The position numbers were made by a program, and so were the translations under genes. This document shows positions 1 to 12,836 of a stretch of 64,000 nucleotides of DNA, piece after piece (within the stretch, counting starts at the first letter, position 1; every line of letters begins with the position of its first letter). The stretch is from Macrostomum lignano (taxonomy: Eukaryota): the NCBI GenBank assembly GCA_002269645.1, contig NIVC01001457.1:124001-188000 (forward strand). Direction: 5' to 3'. The notes below the pieces were generated by a model. The model was not told the DNA's origin. It saw only the letters and a program-made list of their open reading frames with translations, and did not search any database.

Positions 1-78
1 CACCCGGCCGTCGGCGTCGCCGTCATCATTGCCGGTGGCTCGACGCACGAATCTGTAGCTGCGCTTGGTTCCGGCCAT
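1..78 (-). CDS. Probable 5' coding end of a gene continuing beyond the left edge
   Basis: ATG at 78-76 opens a GC-rich frame MAGTKRSYRFVRRATGNDDGDADGRV that is open to base 1. Too short to identify. Confidence 0.4.
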   Translation of the reverse strand, partial: MAGTKRSYRFVRRATGNDDGDADGRV

Positions 79-1457
79 GGATCCCGGCAGCGGTGCAGGG
101 GATTTGGGAGATTCTGTAGACTTATAGAATCCTTGGAATCTTTACTAGAATTTTTCTTGTGTCTCTTCTGTATGGACTCAAAGTTGAGCTTCGCGTGAAA
201 TGGGAGGGGTGGCTTCTACCTGCCTGTCTACCTGCTTGCCTGTCTGCCTCTTTCTGGATCGCACAAAATTTATTTTTGCACAATCGCGTGGGCTGGAGAG
301 AGAGAGAGCAATGGTGGCAGAGGGCTGAGAAGGGAGAGACAGAGTACATCAACTCAAAAAGAGTGTACGCTGCAGAGCACAGAATTGAGTCTTTAACTGC
401 GAGGTCGTCGCTCTTCTAAGCTGAGCCAATTTCAAATCCAAGCAGAGTCATAATTTTCTCTCCTTTTGTTGCCACAGAAATCTTGGATAGAGAAAGTAAA
501 CGAGAATATGGCGGCCCAAATTCCATATATTTACAGCACACTTTGCTGACTACTGCATCCAGCAGTAGCATCAACCGTTATAACAGTGAAAATACAGACC
601 ATTTTTGAAAACCGCGTTCTTTCCAGCGAAAAGATTTGACTTTCCATGAAAGAACAATAAAATTGCGAAATAGTTCCCATTTGATCAATTGTCGGAGTGC
701 ATTGAAATGATATTCATTTGTATACTTCAGTATATTTATTATCATTAATAGGAAAAATAAAATAAAAATACTGCACAATATCCCCTGGATAGCTATAGTT
801 AAATAAATTTCTAGTAGCTACTCATTATAATTTCCGAATGAAGAAAAACAATGTTATAAATAGACTAACTTTGTTGTGATCAGATAATTAGCTAGAATCA
901 TATTGTTTAAAAGTGTTTTACAGCAGATAGTAGGGTACGTTCGAGTCCGCTTATATTCTGGCTTTTAAATTTTTCAGTAGATAACTCATTTCAGTAAAAC
1001 AAATTTAAATAATACAATCGTATTAAATATCGTATAAAATTGTATGTAATATTTGTGATTAATCCTTTATTGTTAATCGGGACTAATTTAAAATATAAAT
1101 TAATAATATATTATTTTGTCGGCTTCAGTCGAATCCATGTACTTCAAGTTTTTGTATTTTGAAATTTGTAGCGTCGGTTGTAGTGACTTTGATTTATTCT
1201 TTTCATATTGCTATTCTCATTCGTCTGATTTATATACTAGTTTGTTTTACTGACTGTTTTGTTTTACTGAAACTGAAACTGAATTGTTTTACTGACGTAC
1301 TCTATATATACATGCACTGAATAAGAGTAATAAAATCTTATAATAAGCCAGTATTCAAGCTTAAAAATCCGAACTGTTATCATATAGATTGGCCCGAACC
1401 CATGCACACACACTACTATAGCTACATTGGTCAGTAGCATGCATGTACATGCAAGCT

Positions 1458-2027
1458 TCAATCAATCTCTGCTGTTTCTGGCAACTTTGCAACTGCTAAT
1501 TGAGGCGCATGAGCGCTGCTTTGATGCACTTGCACTTTTGTGACCTGCATCTCAGAGCTACTACGAACGGCTGATTTTGATGTAGATGATGATGCTGGAA
1601 CGCCAACAGTTTTCACTGCAGGCTGAGGCGGCGGGAACCGCCTGGAGTAGCGCACAGACGGATTTCGAGACAGAGGCGGCTGCGACAGTCGCTGCTGATC
1701 GATTTGCCTGGCCAGCAGTTCGTCCATCGCGGCCGCTGCTGATGTCGACGAACAGTCGGAACTCGGCGAGTGCATCTCGTCCGCGGCACTTCGGCTGTCG
1801 GCTTGGATGTTGAACTGACGACGGCTGGACGGCGAAAACCGAAAGCTGGATGTCCGGGACAGAGCTAACAGGGTTGGCTTCTCTGCTGGAGTGCTTTGCA
1901 GAAGCAGCATTTCGGCCTGCTGTTGCAGACTCTGCTTAAGTTGTTGTTGCTTCATCAGTTGCTGCTTTTGTTCTTCATCGTCCGACAGGAAGCTGGCATT
2001 GTCGTAGTAGCAGCCATGCACGGTCAT
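1458..2027 (-). CDS. Ser/Gln-rich low-complexity hypothetical protein
   Basis: Part of the 201-aa ORF 1458-2063. First ATG is at 2027 (MTVHGCYY); the frame stays open upstream to 2138, so an upstream exon is possible. GC-rich block in AT-rich flanks. Confidence 0.6.
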   Translation of the reverse strand: MTVHGCYYDNASFLSDDEEQKQQLMKQQQLKQSLQQQAEMLLLQSTPAEKPTLLALSRTSSFRFSPSSRRQFNIQADSRSAADEMHSPSSDCSSTSAAAAMDELLARQIDQQRLSQPPLSRNPSVRYSRRFPPPQPAVKTVGVPASSSTSKSAVRSSSEMQVTKVQVHQSSAHAPQLAVAKLPETAEID

Positions 2028-2429
2028 GCTCCGACGCTCCGGTCTGTCAGACTTCTTTTGCAACTTGTTGCCTGCTTTTTGGGGCGAAGGTATTTGGGGG
2101 GAACGAGAAAATTTTGCTCCGACCTTGTAGCAGCTGTATCAACAGAATTTGCAGCCAATGGCAATTGCCTAGAAAAGCATGAGTCACCCCTGAAGCGCAG
2201 CCTTGGTTGGAAACAGATTTCTGGGATCCACGCACGTGCACGTTCGTTTTCTAGGAAAAAACTGCCTTTTTAGGAAAATCCCTCAGAACGCACGGGTTTT
2301 ATGTGAGAACAGCTGCGGATTATGAAATAGCAAATTTTTCTGCTCCTATATGGACTGACTCAGTTTGCTTCTGCCGGTTCTCTGGCTGCTTGGCAATGCA
2401 TGTAACTAAGATCTCGCCCCCTCGCTCTT

Positions 2430-2443
2430 GTAACCATGGCAAC
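2430..2443. promoter_or_regulatory. RFX X-box motif
   Basis: GTAACCATGGCAAC fits the GTHNYY-AT-RRNAAC consensus, about 400 bp upstream of the ATG at 2027. Confidence 0.55.
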
Positions 2444-3406
2444 TACGCGGCTGTCAGCAAAGGGATTTAGGGGGTCGACAATGAGCAGGAACGTGAGCAG
2501 GAATTTGCCCAATACATGCAGACAAAGTCAATAACGGCGATCCCTACAAAATTTACGATTATTGCAGTAAAAAATAAACGGCTTGATTGGAGTGGAGTTA
2601 CGAGTATATGATCGTGAAGTAGAAGGCAGTCAACAACTGCTTGTTTTTTTCAATTTTAGGTGCAGCAGCTATTTTCCTGTCCCGTGAATTTCATAAATTT
2701 TTTAACCTGACAAAGTACTTGGCAGTATGTTGCTAGAGTTATCGGTTAACAACAAAAATTAATCAGGGGTCATTATTGTAAAGGATGTGAGTTAACTGAT
2801 TAATCTGGGGCACAATTTACTGGCAGATAACAGTTTTGACCATAGACAGTTCGTTCTATCAACTAATTTTCGTGCTTTCTCTACCGCTCAACTATAGCTG
2901 GCATTGAAACGGGTCGATCTATACACCAGACCATTAGTTCAATAGTCATGCTACAAATATTTCTAAAAAAGAACTCACGCATTAAAGACGCCCAATGCTA
3001 AGCTAGTAGTCGACTAGCTTGTATTCTTGGTCGTGACATTTTCAAACACATTCAAAATTTCGCATGAAAGCGTAATTCTTAGCTGCTAAGAGAATCAGCT
3101 ATAGACCCTTTACGCAGCAGACTAATAGGGACAGAGGTGGGCCCAGCAACTCAAGATTACTACTGAGCTATCTAGAGACAGATCTTCGGTACTCTGCACT
3201 CCGAACGCGAGTACTCGTAAAGCTCTTTGCGTTGTTGAGTAAGCAAAGCTTGTACACAATTATACTGTGCACAGGTTGCGCGAGTGCGCTGTATATTGGC
3301 TATTGTACAATCGTTTCAAGCTGTACGAGTTAACAGAAACCAGATTGAGAAATGTGAAGTAAATTCAATGTCGACTAGCTAATGACTAGTTAGAACAATC
3401 TTGGAG

Positions 3407-3843
3407 TCTGGCCCAGCAACTGACACTCTGGGAGGCAAGCCCAGCAACTGAGGATCTGGGAGGCTGGCCCAGCAACTGAGGATCTGGGAGGCTGGCTCAG
3501 CAACTGGGGATCTGGGAGGCTGGCCCAGCAACTGAGGATCTGGGAGGCTGGCCCAGCAACTGAGGATCTGAGAGGCTGGCTCAGCAACTGGGGATCTGGG
3601 AGGCTGGCCCAGCAACTGAGGATCTGGGAGGCTGGCCCAGAAACTGAGGATCTGGGAGGCTGGCCCAGCAACTGAGGATCTGGGAGGCTGGCCCAGCAAC
3701 TGAGGATCTGGGAGGCTGGCCTAGCAACTGAGGATCTGGGAGGCTGGCCCAGCAACTGAGGATCTGGGAGGCTGGCTCAGCAACTGAGGATCTGGGAGGC
3801 CGGCGGTCCAGCAACTGAGGATCTGGGAGGCTGGCCCAGCATC
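3407..3843. repeat. 28-bp minisatellite
   Basis: About 15 tandem copies of GGCCCAGCAACTGAGGATCTGGGAGGCT. Confidence 0.95.
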
Positions 3844-4559
3844 TGATTCTGAGCATTTGAGAATCGTAACTCAGTATGAAGAAAATGTGAAGTCTCTCTC
3901 ATTTAGTATCAATACATAGGTTAAGAAAAAACAGCCTCAAAGTATGAAGCCAAACGTATTGAGGGCACCCGCGCTTGTATTTTTTTCTCGTAAAAATGAA
4001 AAAGGCGATTTTTAAGGCGCAAAAATGGCAAACGAGAATAGCAGGCGGCTACAACTATAGACATATTTCTTGTTTAGAAAAACTACTTGCAGTAGGCTAA
4101 TCGAATATTCAACATATTCTAATATTTAGGGTAGATACAAGTCGGTTAAGCATCGAAATTTGTTAGATCAAATGGTTTGAAAAGTTTTCGAAAATACGGA
4201 ACTCCAGAGATCCTCCAATTAGGTAAAATTTCTTTGCAAAAGAAAAACTACGAGCATCTACCCTAGCAACTGTAACAAAAACGAACGAAATAGGAGCCGA
4301 ACTGGGAATCTCGAAAGTAGGCGTCATAATCTTCATAAAATGGTAGAAATTGCTCTAAATCACAGAGATATTTTGGTACACAATGGGACGAATTAAGGCT
4401 TTGCAGGTTAGAGTAGAGGTTAGATAAATAAAAGATTTTTGTTAATTTGACACTCTCAGCAATAGAAGGAATACAGTGAAGAACGAAATAAGTATGTCCT
4501 GTTTGTGTAAATATAAAATCGCTAACATAAAGTGGCATTGTAACTTACTTTTCACTTAG

Positions 4560-5660
4560 TCAGTCAGTCAATCAATGAGCATATCAATCAATCCAATAAC
4601 ACGCTGATCAATCAATCAATCAATTAATTAATCAATCAGCTGATCAATCAATCAATCATTTGATCAATCAACCAATTAGCTGATCAATCAATCAATCATT
4701 AAGTCAATCAAACAATAAGCTGATCAATCAATCAATCAATCAATCAGCTGATTAATCACTCAATCAATTAGCTGATCAATCAATCAATCAGCTGATCAAT
4801 CACTCAATCAATCAGCTGATCAATCAATCAATCAGCTGATCAATCACTCAATCAATCAGCTGATCAATCAATCAATCAGCTGATCAATCACTCAATCAAT
4901 CAGCTGATCAATCAATCAATCAATCAATCACTCAATCACTCAATCAATCAGCTGATCAATCACTCAATCAATCAGCTGATCAATCAATCAATCAATCAAT
5001 CAATCACTCAATCACTCAATCAATCAGCTGATCAATCAATCAATCAGCTGATCAATCAATCAATCAGCTGATCAATCACTCAATCAATCAGCTGATCAAT
5101 CACTCAATCAATCAGCTGATCAATCACTCAATCAATCAGCTGATCAATCAATCAATAAGCTGATCAATCACTCAATCAATCAGCTGATCAATCACTCAAT
5201 CAATCAGCTGATCAATCACTCAATCAATCAGCTGATCAATCAATCAATCAATCAATCAATCACTCAATCAATCAGCTGATCAATCACTCAATCAGCTGAT
5301 CAATCACTCAATCAATCAGCTGATCAATCAATCAATAAGCTGATCAATCACTCAATCAATCAGCTGATCAATCAATCAATCAGCTGATCAATCACTCAAT
5401 CAATCAGCTGATCAATCAATCAATCAATCAGCTGATCAATCACTCAATAAATCAGCTGATCAATCACTCAATCAGCTGATCAATCAATCAATCAATCAGC
5501 TGATCAATCAATCAATCAGCTGATCAATCAATCAATCAGCTGATCAATCACTCAATAAATCAGCTGATCAATCAATCAGCCAATCAATCAGGCAGCAAAC
5601 TAAGCAGTCAACAAATCCATCAACCAGCAAATCAATCATTAGATTATCCAACCGATCAAT
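4560..5660. repeat. (ATCA)n compound microsatellite with GCTG interruptions
   Basis: About 1.1 kb of TCAA/ATCA units with recurrent CAGCTGATCAATCA. Confidence 0.95.
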
Positions 5661-5667
5661 CAAAAAA

Positions 5668-5982
5668 TCAGTCGTCATCATCATCCGGCACAAAGATGTC
5701 GTTCTCCTCCAGGAAGGCGGCGCCCTCGCGGCTCATGCCAGCGCCCAGCAGCAGCGAGGGCACAAGCAGCAGCAGAGCCTTGACCATGCCGAGCGGAGTC
5801 TGCAGCGGCTTGTCGTGCAGCGCCCCGGTGTCTCGGTAGGCCCCGCCAGAGCCGTCGTAGCAGCGAACAGGTGGAGGCGGCGGCGGCGATGCCGCAGAGG
5901 CGCGCGGCGCCCGACGCGCAGACGAGGCGGCCAGCACGGAGAAGCCGCGCCTGACTACTGACACCAGTAGAGTGGGGCGCAT
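5668..5982 (-). CDS. SMDT1: Essential MCU regulator, mitochondrial (EMRE), 104 aa, single exon
   Basis: ATG at 5982. Arg/Ser/Ala-rich presequence-like N-terminus, one TM helix (GMVKALLLLVPSLLLGAGMS) and the EMRE-type acidic tail AAFLEENDIFVPDDDDD. Confidence 0.93.
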   Translation of the reverse strand: MRPTLLVSVVRRGFSVLAASSARRAPRASAASPPPPPPVRCYDGSGGAYRDTGALHDKPLQTPLGMVKALLLLVPSLLLGAGMSREGAAFLEENDIFVPDDDDD

Positions 5983-6244
5983 CTGGTACAAAGTCTGTAC
6001 GAAAATTTAAGCTAAAAAGCCCAGTCGAAAAGAATCGCTTTCTGTTGTTGAGTTTTAAGAGCGCTGAAAATTGATGATTGAGAAATCTTTTGTCAAGGTT
6101 AAACACGAGTTTAAATACAGCCCATAACTGTAAAAGCTAAGCTGCTAGAATTTATTACAAATAATTATTACAAGTGTAGATCTTTATAATTCTAAACAAT
6201 ACTACTTACCAGATCTAAATATATTATCATTGAACTTGATAATA

Positions 6245-6388
6245 TAGCAGCAGCAGTAGCGGCAGTAGTAGTAATAGTAGTAGCAGTAGCAGTAATATCT
6301 GTTGTAGTAGTAGTAGTAGTAGCAGTTAGTAGTAGTAGTATAGTAAAAGTAGTAGCAGTAGTAGTAGTAGCAGTAGCAGTAGCAGTAA

Positions 6389-6432
<44 letters not shown>

Positions 6433-6433
6433 A

Positions 6434-6472
<39 letters not shown>

Positions 6473-6604
6473 CAGTAGTAGCAGTAGTAGTAGTAGTAGT
6501 AGTACCAGTAGTAGTAGTATTAATAGTAGTAGTATTAGTAGTAGCAGTATTAGTAGTATTATAGCAGTAGTAGTAGTAGCAGTAGTAGTAGTTGTAGTAG
6601 TAGC

Positions 6605-6638
<34 letters not shown>

Positions 6639-6801
6639 ATAGTAATAGTAGTAGTAGTACCAGTAGTAGTAGTATTAATAGTAGTAGTATTAGTAGTAGC
6701 AGTATTAGTAGTAGTAGTAGTAGTAGTAGTAGTAATAGTAATAGTAGTAGTAGTACCAGTAGTAGTAGTATTAATAGTAGTAGTATTAGTAGTAGCAGTA
6801 T

Positions 6802-6872
<71 letters not shown>

Positions 6873-6972
6873 CCAGTAGTAGTAGTATTAATAGTAGTAG
6901 TATTAGTAGTAGCAGTATTAGTAGTATTATAGCAGTAGTAGTAGTAGCAGTAGTAGTAGTTGTAGTAGTAGC

Positions 6973-7012
<40 letters not shown>

Positions 7013-7079
7013 ATAGTAATAGTAGTAGTAGTACCAGTAGTAGTAGTATTAATAGTAGTAGTATTAGTAGTAGCAGTAT

Positions 7080-7117
<38 letters not shown>

Positions 7118-7184
7118 ATAGTAATAGTAGTAGTAGTACCAGTAGTAGTAGTATTAATAGTAGTAGTATTAGTAGTAGCAGTAT

Positions 7185-7243
<59 letters not shown>

Positions 7244-7385
7244 ATAGTAATAGTAGTAGTAGTACCAGTAGTAGTAGTATTAATAGTAGTAGTATTAGTA
7301 GTAGCAGTATTAGTAGTAGTAGTAGTAGTAGTAATAGTAGTAGTAGCAGTAGTAGTAGTAGTATCATATTATTAGCAGCAGCAGC
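6245..7385. repeat. (TAG)n microsatellite
   Basis: About 1.1 kb of TAG/AGT with CAG, TAA and GTACC variants. Confidence 0.95.
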
Positions 7386-8399
7386 AATACCACATCATCC
7401 CACAATAATAATAGTATTTACAAAGTAAAAGTGACTACCAAGAAGCCAGCCGAGTCTACTGAGCATTAATCTCTACAGTCACCAATTACCAAGTACTTCA
7501 CTCAAGTCTAAATGCATTGTAACAGCCATTTCAGTGCTTAGAAAACTGAGCGACACCAATAGCCAACAGTAATTATTACGCAAGGAGAGATGGGGGCGCC
7601 CGACAGTCGCGACAACAACAATAAAGATTTGAAAAAAATATGACCGGGAGGAAGATTGAGGCTAAACTGCGATGGAGAAGGGGGCGGAGACTGAGAGATC
7701 GCTGGGGGGGGGGGAAATGGGGAAGTGCCAAATTAATGATGGTAGCAAAATAGAGCGAGGAGAGATGAAAAAGATGAGGCAGGAAAGTCAACAACAATAG
7801 AAGCTGGGCGCGCACCCATCTAGTAGATCGTAAATCTATTACCAGATGATTTATACTATATTGAGTATTGAGCGGCTGGCATAGCAGTGCTGAATGGATG
7901 GGTGTAGGGTGGGGGGAGTGCGGGTTACCCAAAACTGTTTCACAAAAATGCACGCGCAGCATCACGCAACTGCCTAAGGATATAAGTACTATAGCAATAA
8001 AATGAGATTATTATTAGCTTAATAATAGGGCACAGTAAGGATATCAAGCACAGACTATAGATGCTATAAACTGTTACTGAACTCTTGAAACGGTCAATCA
8101 AAAGAGAAGTCCTTTTTTCCAGATTAGCCGGACAATATCTGAGTTGAATGAAAGGAAGCGAGCTGTCAGTCAGCCAGTCATAAAGAGCTCTCAGACTATT
8201 ACTGTACGCCCAGTCTAATGAGAACGCTATTGATACTTCTCATTTAAAATGGCAATTTTAAAGTCATAAAAAACTATTTAGCAAATGAGGGGTTTTTGTT
8301 GTTCAGAAAATACTAAAAATTACACAAAATAATAAGATTCTACTAGGTAAATATTATTTTGGTCTTTATTATTCGGTGTAAAAAATTTAGACTTTACTA

Positions 8400-8875
8400 A
8401 AAAACTTCAGGGAGAGGATGGCGGAGTCTATTGAAGACTTCAGGGAGAGGGTAGTGGAGTCTAGTGAAGACTTCAGGGAGAGGGTAGTGGAGTCTAGTGA
8501 AGACTTCAGGGAGAGGGTAGTGGGGTCTAGTGAAGACTTCAGGGACAGGGTAGGGGGTTCAGTGAAGACTTCAGGGACAGGGTAGGGGGTTCAGTGAAGA
8601 CTTCAGGGAGAGGGTAGAGGGTTCAGTGAAGACTTCAGAGAGAGGGTAGGGGGTTCAGTGAAGACTTCAGGGACACGGTAGGGGGTTCAGTGAAGACTTC
8701 AGGGACACGGTAGGGGGTTCAGTGAAGACTTCAGGGACAGGGTAGGGGGTTCAGTGAAGACTTCAGGGAGAGGGTAGGGGGGTTCAGTGAAGACTTCAGG
8801 GAGAGGGTAGGGGGGTTCAGTGAAGACTTCAGAGAGAGGGTAGCGGAGTTCACTTAAGACTTCAGGGAGAAGGTA
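8400..8875. repeat. 32-33-bp G-rich minisatellite
   Basis: Tandem GAAGACTTCAGGGAGAGGGTAGGGGGTTCAGT variants. Confidence 0.9.
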
Positions 8876-9177
8876 AAAAATTGCTAATCTACCTGGAATC
8901 TACCTGGAAAGAACAAATTAACCTACACTTGTTGACCAGTCGAACGCCAAAAAGAATAAGGCAAAGATCATGGAGTGACAGTACAGTCATTACAGGTTTT
9001 TTATTTCATTATTATAACAATTATTTAACTAAATAAGTTGACATCAAAACGCCAACAAAACAGCAATTGCTTTCCTGCGCTCAACAGCTACACGTCAGCT
9101 TATCCTGTCAGTCATCGTTCACTGCACACTGAAACCATTGGCAGATAATAGGGGATAATTAATTATCCCACAATCTT

Positions 9178-9255
9178 TCACTTGCTCCTTTCGCGCATCT
9201 TCCTGCGTTTGCGCTTCAGTCTGCGCATTCGCTTTTTCCTCCACTTGGCGCGCAT
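9178..9255 (-). CDS. RPL41: Ribosomal protein eL41 (L41), copy 1
   Basis: Manual translation gives MRAKWRKKRMRRLKRKRRKMRERSK*. AATAAA on the minus strand at 9000-9005. Confidence 0.95.
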   Translation of the reverse strand: MRAKWRKKRMRRLKRKRRKMRERSK

Positions 9256-12200
9256 CTCCTCTTAGATTGTGCTGTAGTCTTTTTTACAAGTAGTGCTTCT
9301 CGCAACAGAACTGGAACAAAATTGTCAAGGATGTAGTTGGACTGTTGTATGAAACGAAACTTATAGACAAATTTTTTCTATGGTCATACGGTTGCTAAAA
9401 GAGTGGACACTTTTGACTGTTGCTGAGTCTATCTATAGTGTTAACGAGAATTTCTACTATAAGTTAAACTGAGTTTAGGCCTAGTAACTTAAACCATCAA
9501 TTAAGCTAGTACTCGAACTATTATTTAGCAATTTATTAACTGTCTAGTTCGTGAAGACTTCTGTTTTACTCATAATGGGCAGAGAGGGGTAAGATTTAAG
9601 CAGAAAAGCTCACGGGGGACTGTCAAAGCATCAAAGAGTCAATGAGACTGCGTTTCTGAGTTTCGTATTACAGAGTCAAGTTTTAACGCTAAGAAAAAGA
9701 ATAGAAATTGCAGCGTTTGATGAAGAAGCGAGGATTATAAGACGAAACCCGTTCTATCTGAAGGCTTTTTAGACATTTTTGAAGCACCATTTTCTCTAAC
9801 GAAGGTAATCATTACCAGCGCGAAAATCACGAGAAGTTCGCCACTAAGGATGACTACTAAATACACTCGTAACTCGCAAATTAAGTTCGAGCGTCAAGTG
9901 ATCAGAGATAGTGACACGATATGACGCAAGTAGCATTGTCTACTACTCAGGGATTCCCAGGCAAAATAGCCTAAAACTGCCGACATGCTTGCATTATACT
10001 TAAAGAAAGCTCAACTCAAAGCTTTTCAAATTTATCTATCAACGAAATTTAATCGTGCAATCAGGATCCTAGCAGAATCCTGCTTTCATCGTATCTCAAT
10101 AGGCACTGAACAGCCGAGTGGAGACCTTGAGTCCCCTTTTAAAAAACTGATTTCGTCCGCCAGTTCAAACTTCCGGTTCTTCTATCGTAGCGAAACAAAA
10201 TTTAGAGGAACGACGACACACGACGAAAGAACATGCGTTTGAATAGACCTCTCTTAATTAAGTAGCCATCCTCTGAAGAGCGCCGGGGCTAAACAATCCG
10301 TGCTCAATAGACCAGGTGGGCGCTTGCACGAAGTGCTTATTAAACCGGCTTCGATACAACGTTCAAAAATTGTTCAAGAGGAAGCTCTCACGAGGTTAGG
10401 CAGGCAGCATGCAAAAGCTAAAGGCAGCCAATTTTCTAGAAGGTTGGTGGAAACACTCCATGCGATGCACACACGCAACTGGGCCAGTTACTGGCACAAC
10501 AGTTCTTTTTGTTTCAAGAAAATTTTTAGGAAGTCCAGTTGAATTGAAAACCAGAAGAGCATTCGTTAAAAGAGGGAAACCAGAAACTTGGCACACCGTA
10601 ATCTGTGGTGAGAATCTGGAGCAGAGAATTAAAAAAAAACGGTTACTTGAATTTTATGGCATTTGATATCGACATGCAAGGATCAATGCCCAATAGTGAG
10701 AATGGTTTTAAACAGTTATCAATTCATCACACGCAATGTTGAAAGCAAAACAGGGACATGTTCCATCCCGATCCGGTTGCTTTTCAGCCAGCAAAGTGGA
10801 GCGCAAACACAAGCGACTAGTTCAAGCGGTGGGTGCGGAAATTAAAAAAAATGAAGACCCACCCCTGAACAGCTGAAAGCAGTTCTGTACCAACCTTGTC
10901 AAGTAGAGTAGCGGGATTAAACAAATACGACCACCCTGCAGATTGGAAAGTCATTTAAAAAAAACGCAGCAAGCACTTCAGCCGGAATGAAACCGCTTAA
11001 TCATGCTGTCCTACTGTGATATAGGCAATCGAATTTATCTGCTATTCAGCTTGGACACGAAACCGGAACACGACTTATGGTCGAGATTGCATACGAGGCA
11101 AGCAAACTTCATGATTGATGATGACATTGCGTTTTGTCATTTTATCATTAGCAAAAGAGGAAAAGTTGGTGAAAATCTGGTGCCGCACTCTCTAACGGCA
11201 CTCTATCGATTATAATGAAGAGTAAAGCGAGTTAAACAGCAAAACAATAGAAGCTTGGTTAGCGAGTCTTCCCTTTTTCACTATTATTAGACCAATCTAA
11301 AAGAGGAACCAAGGTGCGGTGTAAAGGGCAATTAATTTTCTGCTTACTCTGTTTACTTTATCTGTAGAAAAGTGCCAACCAGCATTCTCAGTGCCTGTGC
11401 GGCCAGCTTCCCCAGAAATTGCGCGGCGCAGAGGTAGGTAAGGGTAAGGTAAGCATAGATAGAGCAGAATCTAAATCTCTGGCAGTGGTAGTCGAAAAAA
11501 CTAAGGGAAAGAGAAAATTTGAGAGTACTCTTAACTTTGCGACTGAAAGATTTGCTCTATCTATCCCACTCGCTGGTTCTCTCTCCGGCGGCACGTTTGG
11601 ACTGGCTTTGTGGCTGACAGGAGAACTGAACAGCTCTGATTGGAGGGCAGTGATAGTATAAGGCATAGTTCGCCCGCCTCAAGTTTGAAACAATTTTGAG
11701 GCCAAGGTTAGTACGATAGCGACTTTAGTATTCATTAATACACATTGAATATTGCAATATCAGAAGGAAGGAAAACAATCTTTTCAAACTCGTACAAGGA
11801 ATTCGTCCACGGAATAAATTGCAGAGAATTTTCGTAAGTAGTACAACTATCTTCTGAGTCTTTAGCTAGGTTGTAAATTATCAAGTTTCAGATAAAGAAC
11901 TAGAGGAAAATAGAAACAACTACACTACGAATGCCTATCTAGCTCGTACTTCAATAAGCGGTACTGAGACATAACATGGCTTAACTAGTACAAGATAGAT
12001 TGGAGAAAGAAGCTCGTTAAGGCCTAGCCTTAAGCAGACAAGTGGAATTAAGCTGACAAATTGCATTGCCACAAAAGCATTATAGGATATTAGACTAAAA
12101 AAACTGATTTGTTTAGAGAAACAGTTCATAAATCGAGTCCCATCGGGATGGCGATAAAACTCAGAGAAAATGAATTTGTGCCTAAAGAAGGGGCAAAATT

Positions 12201-12836
12201 ATGTGTGGAGCTAAACCATTCTAAAAAATGATACAAGTTATGAAGCCCCTTCATAACTTCAGCCCATTCGATGCGCAATTAATTATCATCAAGCAGCTAA
12301 AGCTATAACAAAAAAATCAACAAAAAATCGAATCATACCAATAAAATTGCTGTGGCATATTTTAAGTAGCAAGAGTATAATACTAAAGGGTATGAAACAG
12401 TAGTAAAACATTCTTTTTTTTAAGTTCAGCAATTGCACGCCTAACCATCCTAATCTTAACCTACACTCTCATTGAACCCCGCAGCGACAGGATTCAAGTG
12501 AACAACAAATACAACTCTGAAAGCCGGGCAGTGATAGGACAAAAAAAATTGCTTGAAAGCAGCCACTCGGCATATTCCCACAGTCGAGCAAACGACCAAA
12601 CCAAGCACTGAACGGTGCTGTTACACCAGCGGTACAGTTTCTGCCTCGTCTCAATGCCACTATAGTCACTCGCATAAGCAATCCCAGAGTTGTATGCACT
12701 GCAATGCCTTCAGCAACAATTTTAGACTAATATATACGCGATCAAGTGCGCGAGAAAGCTACTGTTTGCTTAGTAAACAAGTCTAGAATACGATCCAGCT
12801 GAGACTTTGCGCTTCTGACAAAAGAAACAAAGAAAC

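Noticed and set aside
159-419. 86-aa ORF overlapped by a 76-aa antisense ORF
   Set aside because: Non-ATG start, simple repeats, no motifs; more likely promoter or UTR.
3379-3856. Three overlapping repetitive ORFs
   Set aside because: All three frames of a stop-poor 28-bp minisatellite.
6927-7367. Poly-Leu ORF
   Set aside because: Antisense reading of the (TAG)n microsatellite.
9985-11670. Scattered 60-90-aa ORFs, including a P450-like fragment MFHPDPVAFQPAKW near 10757 and a possible exon at 11368-11433
   Set aside because: No consistent frame or second supporting motif; would need tBLASTx or RNA-seq.
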